A DNA stretch of 63,999 nucleotides, counting the filler, from Asterionella formosa (lineage: Eukaryota): NCBI GenBank assembly GCA_002256025.1. It is 10 parts of 10 records of this genome, joined end to end, with 100 filler letters (N's around TTAATTAATTAA, not from the genome) between each part and the next. Parts side by side here need not be neighbours in the genome. Positions count along the whole stretch, not along the records: positions 45,054 to 51,379 come from NKIB01012747.1; positions 51,480 to 57,799 come from NKIB01012748.1; positions 57,900 to 63,999 come from NKIB01012819.1; 7 more parts are not named here. One strand, written 5' to 3'. The stretch's first letter is position 1; every line of letters begins with the position of its first letter. Made by a program: the position numbers and the translations under genes. Below, one piece after another: positions 51,186 to 62,078 of this stretch. The notes beneath the pieces are model-generated. The model was not told the origin of the DNA, did no database searches, and saw only the letters and a program-made list of their open reading frames with translations.

Positions 51186-53769
51186 TCTTTCCTAATTCTG
51201 AAATTTGGTTCTGGAGTGAGGATAGTCAAGCTGCTTTGGGGGAAAGGTTGCAGCTTACGAATTTATGCGGCAATGCGTTTGAAAACGAGTGTCAAGAAAA
51301 ACATTGCCACGATTTCTTATCAGTACTGTTGTTGTCAGGCAAGTCTCCTGGGAAGAACAAAATCATCAGCCAACAGGAANNNNNNNNNNNNNNNNNNNNN
51401 NNNNNNNNNNNNNNNNNNNNNNNTTAATTAATTAANNNNNNNNNNNNNNNNNNNNNNNNNNNNNNNNNNNNNNNNNNNNTATTGCTCTCGTCGTTTTTAA
51501 TTTTCTTAGATGCACTAGCTATTACTACATCTACAACGCCGATTGTTGGCACAGCCAGCTGCCAGAAAAAAGCTAGTCAAATAGATCACCCAAATAAATA
51601 ATTTTGGTGCTGGCCCACTATGATAAATTGGGCTACAAAATAATTTAAGGGTATGACATAAAATATAAAATGTGATGCATCATAAAATATACGTGATAGG
51701 GCAGGAGTGAACTAAAATAGTTTCAACAACTTCTATAAATTTTTTATAAACCCATATAAAGTTTGGGGCAAACTAACAATTTTTTTATGTCTGATCACAT
51801 AATTTCTGTATCAATGACCACAAATATTTTTCCCAACAATCACGTATTTTCTAGATAAAAATGGAATCAAACCAAATACAATCAGTTGCTAAATAGTTTT
51901 AAATAGACTTCAGTGTGTACAATCAATTTTATTCCTAGCAATGCATCAATCATGCTGGCACTACAGCAAAGAAAGGCAATAGAGAAACGGCGAAATTTTG
52001 CAAAATCCTAGCTTGTATTTGGGCAGTATTCATTTCATTTCTTCCTGACAACCGCAGCACTCTCAGTTAATCAGCTCCTCTTGATTGAAACGATCAATGC
52101 GACTAAGAAGCAAGCAATAATGGTTTGGATGTGGTAGTATCTGAGAATAGTTAGAGTGGGGAATAAAAGTGAAACTTAAAAATCAGAAATTATTGCATTA
52201 GCTATCTGAATCAACATTCTTGCATTCATCATCATTACCTTTCATTTACTTATTCATTGATGTGCCAGCTAGATACGCTATCAAATGTGTGACTCATCAC
52301 TGAATGGTATCTGAATCTTGAAAATGCATTCATAAATGGATGCAGTTAAGGATTGAGGTAGAAGTGTGAGATGTAGAAGCTCACTGAGAACATGGACCAA
52401 AGGCAAGAAAATAAACAAAAACACCATACCAAAACTGCGCCGACAATACGCAACGACCCCCATTCTTGATTTAATATTGAATATTCAGTCTCTGAGTGTC
52501 TATAAATAACAAAGGATGTATGGGTGTGAGAAGAAGAAGGCCAGAAAGAAGAACCATTGCGTCAAACTTACCACCCAGAGGCCATCCTTGTCATTGTCGA
52601 TATTCCTTTTGGCGTGATTTTTCAATTATGTGCTGCAAGGATGATGCTATTGATGGAATGCATACTTAACTAAATAAAAATGGGCGTGGACACAGCTGTG
52701 CTCATTTGGTAATAGAATGTACAAAAATATTATAAATTAAAATACTGGCGCGGTCTGGCTGCAGTGTTGTACGAGTCTACCATGAGGACCACGAATTTAT
52801 GACCCTTCAACTACCAGTAACATAGATACAAAAAATTAAATAGGTATGACTGGATTTATGCTCGGGGTACCAGGTACCAGTACCCGAGCGAGGTATCCCT
52901 TGTAAGCGCTACAGTAGTATTTGATAGCTGAGATTAAGCGATTCTTTTACATATACAAAACACTAGAGTGTTGTCGATGTGATAGGTTGTTGGAGCATCC
53001 TGCATCATGTCGTTTCAGCCTTAACCATGTCGAAAATAGCGGAAATCTCTACGAAAATTGAGAACAGCGATTGCCCATTCCGAACATTTATCAAGCACGA
53101 CGTAGACAATACAATCGTAAAAGGATTATTATAATTAACTAATATTGCCGACGAAAATTGAAGTCGCCGATGGCCCATTTTTCATGTTATTTAGGGGGGC
53201 AAAATTCAAAATGATAATGTTATGAACCGAAACTTAAAACTAGCTCTACTACAACGAATATGACGACGACTATAACAATAACATGACTAGTTGAAGAAAA
53301 TATGAGAAAAGTTATTTATCAGCCAACTGAGAATTGATTGATGGTACCGGCAATTTGTGAAGTCATCAATACAGGTCAGCACAGACAAATGTGTTGTTTT
53401 TTTGAACTTTATATTCAAACAATTTATAAGTGTAAAAATAATAATAGAATTGAATTTGTGACTTGCTATTTAATTATGTGGTGAGACCAGCATAATATAG
53501 CCACTGAGCAACAAAAAAATTTCGTTATACAATTGTGATAGCTAGTTTGTAAAAAACTATTGTTGCTGACACACAGAATTTTTGGTTTGAACACATAATT
53601 ATTCAATAAGTGAAATAAATTTTGTTTTAGTACATATAAATTTTTTGTTTTAGTACATATAAATTGTTTTTTGTTCCAGATAAATTCCGAAAAAAGTGGC
53701 ATTATAGTTTGGAAAAGTAACAAAAATACTTCACTTTAGACATAATTTCGATAAAGTGCCATAAATGGC

Positions 53770-54192
53770 ATCTTAGATGTAGTAGTGCACTCACTTTTGT
53801 AGTGTCCCATGCATTGGCATTTGAAACACTTGATTGTCTTCCTCTTTTCTTTCTGCTCAGGAGTGAGCTCCTTCTTATTGGCACTATTACCCTTGCTGAG
53901 ACAGTTAGTTGCTGCCTTGTGGCCATACTTGCCATGCTTACAACAGTGGCCTTTGAACTTGCCTTTCCTGTAGAATGCCTGATTGCTTTTGTTCTTGTTA
54001 GTTGTTTTGACATCATCCCAGGCATTTAAATTGTATTAGTCCTGAATGTCTGTCTTAATCTCCTTGACTGTTGAAAATCAATCTCGTTAGGAAGCTTCTT
54101 GACATCGGAACGCACCATCTGACTCATTGGACTATAGTCGAGTCCACAGTCCTTGTGACTTTGTTATTGCCATCGATGCTATTTTCTTAACC
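53770..54192 (-). pseudogene. Decayed, internally deleted copy of the Copia element at 6446-7835
   Basis: 53821-54072 aligns with 6446-6693, and 54075-54190 aligns with 7584-7697. It carries the second zinc knuckle CFKCQCMGHYKSEC that is missing from the truncated copy. Confidence 0.88.
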
Positions 54193-54367
54193 ACAGAGCA
54201 ATTGGATCAAAAGATACCTCCCAGTCTTTTGAGCCTTAAATTGTTTACCGGTAAATATATATATTTGACTACCGCTAATGTCAAACTCTGATAGTTTTTC
54301 AATTCTTGCAGATTCCTCCCCTGCCCCCCTTTACCGTACTCATAGAAAATCTACATAAGGCGCCACC

Positions 54368-55507
54368 ATGTTAAACGCTGCTAGATGTACTGCTGCGGTG
54401 AGTGTTGCTTGTTCAGTGCTATCATCGATAGAAGGACGGAACAGCAATTGAAGTGCATGTTCCATGATGTCAACTCACCTTATCGCAGCGACTGGTACCT
54501 GCAGCCTTCACGATCGCCGCCGTAGCAATCGACACACAAACGACCCATGCCAAGGCTGCATCTCCCTCCAACAATCTTCTTAAAAAGGTAAAAACCGATA
54601 TTGTTAGTTTGATTGATACTGACATGGATCAACGTGATGATGGGACCTCCTTAATTGGAACATTTGTCCGTCTAGCGTGGCATTGCAGTGGATCATATTC
54701 CGCGGTTGACTCGACAGGTGGATCCAATGGTGCTCGTATGAGATTTAGCCCGGAAGCTATTTGGGGTGCCAACGCTGGATTGCTCGTGGCGAGGGATGCA
54801 TTGGAACCTATCAAGAAAAAGTATCCCACACTCTCCTATGCAGACATTTACACTTTGGCTGGAGTTGTTGCAATTGAAGAAGCAGGTGGTCCTACAATTC
54901 CCTACATGTTGGGTCGAAGTGATTTTGATTCTGGTGCGACATCTCCACCCGATGGGAGACTTCCAGATGCCGACAAGGGCTCTCCTCGAAATACCATTCA
55001 ACATATACGAGATATTTTTAACCGCATGGGATTCAACGATCGTGAGATCGTAGCATTGTTGGGAGCGCATGCCCTGGGGAGATGTCATACGAACCGAAGT
55101 GGGTATTGGGGACCATGGACTTTTGGTGAAACGACATTTAGTAATGAGTATTTTCGATTATTGGTAGAAGAAACTTGGACACCCAAGTTGCTACATGATA
55201 GGGAGGCATGGACCGGACCGGATCAATACGAAGATCCCAGTGGCGCATTGATGATGCTACCGAGGTGAGTTGGGGAAAATAAAGACGAGTTTTTGTCATC
55301 CTATTTATTCATCCCGTCATTTCAACTTACTTCATAATGAACAGCGACATGGCCATCCTTTGGGATCCTGGATTCAAAAAGTACGTTCAACTTTATGCCC
55401 AAGATGAAGAACTCTTTTTCAGGGATTTTGCTGTGGTGTTTGGCAAGCTCTTGGCCTTGGGAGTTCCAGGTCAAACTGCCTTGGCATCCGTGACGGTAGC
55501 AATGTAA
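54368..55507 (+). CDS. Class I heme peroxidase, cytochrome c peroxidase type, probably mitochondrial, 3 exons
   Basis: Exons 54368-54397, 54489-55264 and 55345-55507 with GTGAGT...CAG introns in frame. Distal RLAWH, proximal [20 protein letters not shown] (radical Trp) and LMMLPSD. Ala/Arg-rich presequence. Confidence 0.92.
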
Positions 55508-55687
55508 AGCCAACATGCGAGAAACACGTAGTTCTAATACTCCATTTAGGCCAACTATGCAACGAGAGGATAGAAATACTTTGACTACACAGGCAGAGGA
55601 GATACATCCTTGCATTGATTTTTGCTGAGCTTCTCTTCGCTTCTTCAAAACTACATTGAAATATGGTATCCAATTCACACGTCGCTC

Positions 55688-56278
55688 TCAGTCTCTCGGA
55701 CTTTTGGCACTATTGTCCTGCGACTTTTGTTCAATGAATGGCAAAAATTTCCCATTGAACGTAATAACCACACGCTTTTCCCCGTGCTTGCCAGTGGTTG
55801 TACCGACATCGCAATAAAAATCAATGGCACTCATGATTCCATCTCCGCACTGCTCGTTGATAATTCCCTTGATGGCTTCCCCATAGTGGGTCACAGCTTC
55901 GTAGGTCCGGTACACGTGCGGATCTTTGAGAATATCATCATTAAATCCACGAAGTGGAAAATGCTTTTGCATGTGTAACAGGTCCTCATCCGAAATGGCC
56001 GGCAATATCTCCTTTAGCTTTATTGCAGTAGGGGGTGTCAACTTGGCTTGTCCCAATATAAGCTGAGCAGCGTAAGTATTAGTAACACCAATAGCAGTAG
56101 CAATCTCATCGTAGGTCCTTCCAGAATTCAACTTGGCAGTCAATACTCGTTCCACTCGTTCTGCGGCTGTTGGATTCATCATTCCTGTCGAGTGAATCCA
56201 CCTTAACGAGCGAGTCTTTAGTGCGTCGCTGCACCTTGCCATAAACATCATCTTCGTGGAAAACTTCAGAGCAAACAT
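55688..56278 (-). CDS. cynS: Cyanate hydratase (cyanase)
   Basis: N-terminal HTH-like domain, then DPHVYRTYEAVTHYG..K.IINEQCGDGIMSAIDF and RVVITFNGKFLP. The start is either 56278 or 56182. Confidence 0.96.
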   Translation of the reverse strand: MFALKFSTKMMFMARCSDALKTRSLRWIHSTGMMNPTAAERVERVLTAKLNSGRTYDEIATAIGVTNTYAAQLILGQAKLTPPTAIKLKEILPAISDEDLLHMQKHFPLRGFNDDILKDPHVYRTYEAVTHYGEAIKGIINEQCGDGIMSAIDFYCDVGTTTGKHGEKRVVITFNGKFLPFIEQKSQDNSAKSPRD

Positions 56279-56289
56279 ACTTACTTACA

Positions 56290-56632
56290 ATAACGAATTT
56301 GAGCTAAACCAGATTTGCGGTGCGGCATTACAAAACGCCTACCGGTACCGGCACTCCATATCAGTTGCATGATACCGGTAATAACGAAGGATACCGCCAT
56401 GGTGTCTACCGGTATTCATGCAGCATTGGGTATGGTACCAGGGGGGTAAGTAAGTACCGGTACCTGGTACCAGGTACCGGTAGGGAGTATTCTAGACGAA
56501 GGTACGGAGGACGGAATCCAGAATCCACTAGCACCATGTTTTGCTACATCAATATTTATCATTTGTTCAAGATTTATATAATACCTGTAAAAAAATACAG
56601 GCATAGACGAGGCAGTCAAATAATTGTTGACA
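56290..56632. promoter_or_regulatory. Short divergent intergenic region (cynS / ARP6), probable bidirectional promoter
   Basis: About 350 nt between head-to-head genes, dense in TACCGGTA and TACCWGGTA palindromes. Confidence 0.55.
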
Positions 56633-57799
56633 ATGACGACTTCCGAAGCGACGAAGACGAAACGGGCCCAAGCTCTCTCTCGTATATTCGCTGCAGGAGA
56701 AGCGGCATCAGCAATTTTCCAGGAAGGAGAAAACGAACCAACATCGAAGAAACGAAAGCGAGTTTCTCCTAAAAAGTCAACAGAATCAATATCTTCCACC
56801 AGTCAACCTCCCACCCACATTTTAGTCATCGACAATGGAGGCGACTCTCTCAAATACGGCCTTGTCACGGCTGATAAACCAGAAATTATGCCTAATCTGA
56901 CGGCCAAGCTCAGGCATCAGTGGGCCATCATGATTGGCGACGAAGTTACAAAGACGCAACCCAATCAAGTCGAGTATCTGACACGATCAACGGAACGCTC
57001 ACACATTACCAATCTTGGCAATCAAGTGCAAGTTTGGAAACGTATCTTAGACTTAATGAGAATTCAGGTACCATTTAATAGTGAGGCATCTCAAGCCTTT
57101 GGCTGGAAAAACAATCGTCAAACCACCAAGGATGCTCCGTTGCATAACCCACAGCAGATGGCTGTCCTTGTGCTCCTGGCGCCATCCAGTCCTCGATCCA
57201 CAATGGAATCCATGTATAGTATTTGGTTTGAAGATTTTCATTTCGGACATGTTGGTTTCGCTTCTTCAGCCATTTTTGCAGCGGCCAAAACACCCACCCT
57301 GTGCTCGTGTGTGGTTGATTTGGGATGGTCTGCAACCCATGTGGTTCCCATGGTCAACAATAGGGTCATCATGGAAGGATTGAGAAGAATCCCTGTTGGT
57401 GGACGTCACTTGGTGAATTTATGGAAGTATTACATGTCCTATCGGCAGTGGAACTTGATGGATTCGGAATTTATTCTGAGAGACGTATATGAACAACTTT
57501 CGTATGTTTCAATGGACTTTATCGGCGATATGAAACTTGCACAGCGAGTACGAAGTGGCAAGAGACCATTTGATCGTCATTTTGTTCTCCCAGACTTTCA
57601 GAACCGTTTCAAGGGTTCTGTGAGACAAGCAGAAGCTCCTATCGGGATACTACTATTGGACGAAGTGGAAGAAATGCCGATAGGCACAGAGAAGTCGTTG
57701 GGAAGTGATTTCCATCAAAGTGAACATCCGGTTCGAGAGGGAACTGAAACCGAAGAGACAGATGATAATGACGAGGGCGAAAATCAAATAGACGACGAA
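56633..57799 (+). CDS. ARP6: Actin-related protein 6 (SWR1 complex), truncated by scaffold end
   Basis: ILVIDNGG..LKYG, VVDLGWSATHVVP, RRIPVGGRHL and the ARP6-typical SYRQWNLMD and FVLPDF followed by an acidic insert. KKRKR NLS. Confidence 0.9.
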
Positions 57800-57899
57800 N
57801 NNNNNNNNNNNNNNNNNNNNNNNNNNNNNNNNNNNNNNNNNNNTTAATTAATTAANNNNNNNNNNNNNNNNNNNNNNNNNNNNNNNNNNNNNNNNNNNN

Positions 57900-58033
57900 G
57901 TTGGATCAGCAGTAGACAACTCAACAATATCTTCGACGTCCTCATCAGCTACAACGCATTGCTTCTCTTCCGAATCAATGCGAATAGAGGCAGCATCAGA
58001 AGTTTCAGCCGTACCCACTACTTTGCAGCTCAT
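57900..58033 (-). CDS. Possible 5' end of a gene cut by the scaffold edge
   Basis: ATG-initiated acidic open frame MSCKVVGTAETSDAASIRIDSEEK... runs into the linker. No family recognisable. Confidence 0.35.
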
Positions 58034-58206
58034 TGCGCCAATTAATCGAGATATAGTCGATGTTGGAAGATTGGTATAGAGATGAGCGGACTACTGATTC
58101 TTGTATGACTCACGAAGCTGAAAGGTAATGTATACAGAGTACCGTAGTATATATATAACAAAAAATAGTTGGCGCAATATTTAATAGTGTTGTGCTTGCG
58201 TATTTA

Positions 58207-58660
58207 CAGTTATTTTATCAGTGGCAACGGACGTGATACACAGTGATCAACGGCTTGATCAGTGATACAGCATTGGTCAGGGGTCCAAAAACTGTATCAG
58301 TGATACACCCATGATACACCGGTGATCAGACCAAAAAAACCGTTGGTGATACACAAAGAAAAACCAAACCGCCATTTTTGTATCATATTTCGGCGATGAT
58401 ACACCAATGACAACAAATAACAGAATGATAAGAACGGCCCTTATGTATCATTCTGTCATTGGTTGTCATTGGTGTATCATATGATGTAAAAATCGCGGTA
58501 TGGTTTTTCTTTGTGTATCACCAACGGTTTTTTTGGTCTGTTCACCGGTCTATCATGGGTGTATCACTGATACAGTTTTTGGACCCCTGACCAATGCTGT
58601 ATCAGTGATACAGCCGTTGATCGCTGTGTATCACGTCCATTGCCACTGATAAAATAACTG
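58207..58660. mobile_element. Foldback MITE: ~454-bp near-perfect palindrome flanked by TA
   Basis: TA|CAGTTATTTTATCAGTGGCAA ... TTGCCACTGATAAAATAACTG|TA. Arms of ~220 bp are built around repeated TGATACA/TGTATCA motifs. Confidence 0.9.
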
Positions 58661-59389
58661 TAGACATGCCAGCGCCAATTATATAATTTATTTTGTTTTT
58701 TCATTAGCAACACAGCGAAAAATCCTATAAATTGATGAATGTTCTTCTACATCGTAGATTTGTAATTTTTGTATTTTTAAAGATATATTTATTTTTCCTT
58801 TTCTATTTTTCTTATGTAATTTTAAAGATATATCTATATTTTCTTTTCTATTGCATCGTTCATACAATGATATCTTAGACCTCAAAGGCGCAGTGACTCC
58901 TTTGCCATTTTGATGGAGAAATAGCGGATTATCAACATGGTCAATGTGTTGACGACAACATGTTGACGAGTCTCTCAATACCTGGTACCAGCCAGGGTAC
59001 TAGGCTAGTAGCATGTACACACAGGCTCCGTAAAATGATATGATATTTGTTATTATATTCCGGTTGTTTTTATTTAGGCTACGCATATACATACTACTGC
59101 TCATACATGTTTTTACATGTTTGTTGCTGGCCTGTTGCTGCTAACGATTCATCTTACTCCATGACACATTGTGATACAAATTAGTGATACAGTGTCACGT
59201 TTGGAATAAATGAAATTCAGTTCAAATCGAGTTACTGTTGCTGATACATTTTCAAAAAATTTCAAATTCTGTGATATACAAAAACTGATAAGAACTGCTG
59301 TTCTTTCATTTTCATCATGCACCAGTATCACTAAATTTGAAAATGTATTAGCAATGGTAACTCGATTTGAGTAGTATACATAATTCAAG

Positions 59390-62078
59390 TTTATACAATG
59401 CATGATGAGTTCATAGTTTTCCACAACCTGTTGAGTTTTTTCAATTTGTTTTGTTTCAATTCTTGTACCTACAAGTCAATGGCTGATTTAATTAAGCCCC
59501 TTAATAAGACAAACGGGATTCATCACCAATTTTTCAAATGGTCGAAATCATACATTTATGTATATAGACATATTGACCAAAATTCATATGGCCTACCGGT
59601 AGTACTGTATACTTGCTGGGAATTATTTCTATCATGGAAATGCCACAATATTGCAGCGGAAAACTGAATATGCTCATGTGTCTAGGATCATTTGATCATA
59701 TTTTTAAGATCAATTTATCCTGATTTCTGAAAATAAATTTTGATCTTTCATTTTCTCATCAACGACACCGTTTATCATATGATCAATATGTTATGATCAA
59801 AGGTATAGGATAAACGAATCAAAATTTATTAATTAAAGATCATAGTTTATAACGGAGAAGTTGCTCATGCATGCAACCCCTTCCCCCCTGTATACAGTAC
59901 GGAACAAGTGATAACCCCCAAGCTACCAAATTTTTATGTCTTGTAAGAATTATCGCAGCATGCATGCATACTACATGACTCGTACTGGTATATACAATGC
60001 GGAAATGATGACCACCAGACTACCAATCCCATAGGTCTTGTAGAATTATCGCAACATGGCTGCATATCTAATGAAAGGGCGGGAGGAGTCATCCGTGCTG
60101 CACCTGTATAGTATGAAATATGGAAATGATCAAATATAGCTAGTCTACACAAGGAGCAGTGCATCATAAATGCCCTGCTGTTGTTATATTAATTCCTATG
60201 AAATCTCTTGATCTGTTCTGCCTTTTTTCGCCACCACAATTGCTTTCATTGGCTGTTTCACTGGACAGCATTCGAATTGAATGTGCTTCGAACGAAGCAA
60301 TGATCAAAGTCCACCCCATTGCAGAATGGTGAGTTTCACAACTAAGTATCAGCCAGTCGATTAAAATTTGAGTGTCTTTTGTGCACCCTCGTTGTGTTTG
60401 TACTTGACTTGGCAACTGTCAGCCAAGAGCAGCCATGGTATGCCACCATTTATTGTCTGTAGGAATTTTCGAATGAGTTCAGCTATGATAATTTTTGCTC
60501 CTAGACACTATCACACCACCCTTGTCATAGATTTTTCTTTATCCTTTGGCTTCACAGGCCCAGGTTACTCAATGCCTTCATCTGCAAGTTCAGCCAAGCA
60601 GGCCCACGTTGGAGTCAAGAAAACCTCAACCCCGATTTTCCTCACATGCTCCACCCATTGACTTCTTCATTGATTAAGTCGAGGTAGCTATATTGACGAC
60701 ATCAGGTGGCGCAGGCTTGTGTATAGATTGATGATGCTGAAAGCAATGCTTCCTTTTCCCATAGGTACCTATTTGTCAACATCTTTTGGGTCAATCTATT
60801 CTTGTTCCTGCAAGACCAGAAGCAATTATCCCTTTACATCTCCTCCCAAGAACCTTCATTTCTCTTTCACAATTGTCCTGATGTTTGCAAAGCATTTTTA
60901 GTTCCCTTTTGATTTTTCCACTGGTTTCGATCCCTTTTGCATTCAAGTCAAGAAACAAGCAACTCATTGAGATTTCTGGAGGTTTTGGTCAGTGGCAACA
61001 TACAGCAGCAAGCAACAATCAACACATCATGGCGGCTGTTCTCCATTTTCTGTAGCAAGTGACAATCAAGAAGGGTCTGGGATCATTGGGGAGAAAAATT
61101 AGTAGGCTTCTCTGTGTTTGCCCCCGCCCGTTTGGTAGCCAGTCTACCATTGCATCCTCTCAATCAATACTAGTATAGCTAATGAAAACCGTAATTAGAT
61201 GAAATGTGACTTCCGGTTTCTCATATTTTACATTGTTGCACTAATGAAACTTGAATCCATAAATGGTCATTCAACTTGTGCTTCTTGCATTTTAGGTTTG
61301 TGTCTAAATCCAAGTGCTGCCATCCATTGAAACATTCCAGATACGTCAAAGAATACGCTCTTGTCTTCAAAGGTAAGGAACTATTACGATGACAAAGGAA
61401 ATCTGATGAGACATGAAAATTACGAAACCAGAATCAGCCACTCTGTCACTATAAATAGACAGTCTCATGCTTCTTTGTGTATATCTCCTGCTATGCTGCG
61501 TTTCAATTCTAGATGTATTACGTTCTTGTTAGAGAGACGATGTTACAGAGAAGTAGATTGTGATGTTCTATAATGGATGTTGTTTAGCTATGATTGAGGT
61601 TGTAACACTGATTGATGCTCTGGTGACAGACCGGCCAGAAATATTCATCTTGTGTGATGAGCCATTTCATTTTCATTGGATTTCTTTTCAAGCTTCTGAT
61701 GGAATGCATACAAACATACTGTGTACTGTAGATGATGATTCATCGAAGACATATGATGACTTGAATGAAAAATGAAGATTTTATCACAAACACTTCTTCC
61801 TCTCGACATGGCTGCTTTGTCGTTGTTGCAAGAATCAGAGTGAGGACTGGCAAGGATGATGAGCCAAACCACGGTACATGATCCTACCAAGAAATTTAAA
61901 TAAAGGAACCTAAAAGTAACAATACATATAAAAATTAAATTTCCATAGTCAAAAGGGTTAATTTTTAAATTACAAGGGCATTTATCAAAATTATTAGATG
62001 ATATAACGAAATATTATGATCAGATGATCATAATCCTATGATGCATCATAGGAATATGATGGTTTTTATTTGCAGACG
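59390..62078 (-). mobile_element. Partial copy of the multi-copy DNA transposon, with one intact terminus
   Basis: 59390-60660 is the reverse complement of 1-1255. The rest is collinear with ~42380-43528 and ends ...GGTTTTTATTTGCAGACG. Confidence 0.85.

Noticed and set aside
56320..56799. 150-aa and 127-aa ORFs in the cynS/ARP6 intergenic region
   Set aside because: YRY/VPGT peptides are translations of the TACCGG/TACCAGG motifs, and both ORFs overlap ARP6.
58207..58660. CRISPR-like array from repeated TGATACA motifs
   Set aside because: The motifs are only 6-8 nt, irregularly spaced and arranged as an inverted repeat. No cas genes, and the context is eukaryotic.
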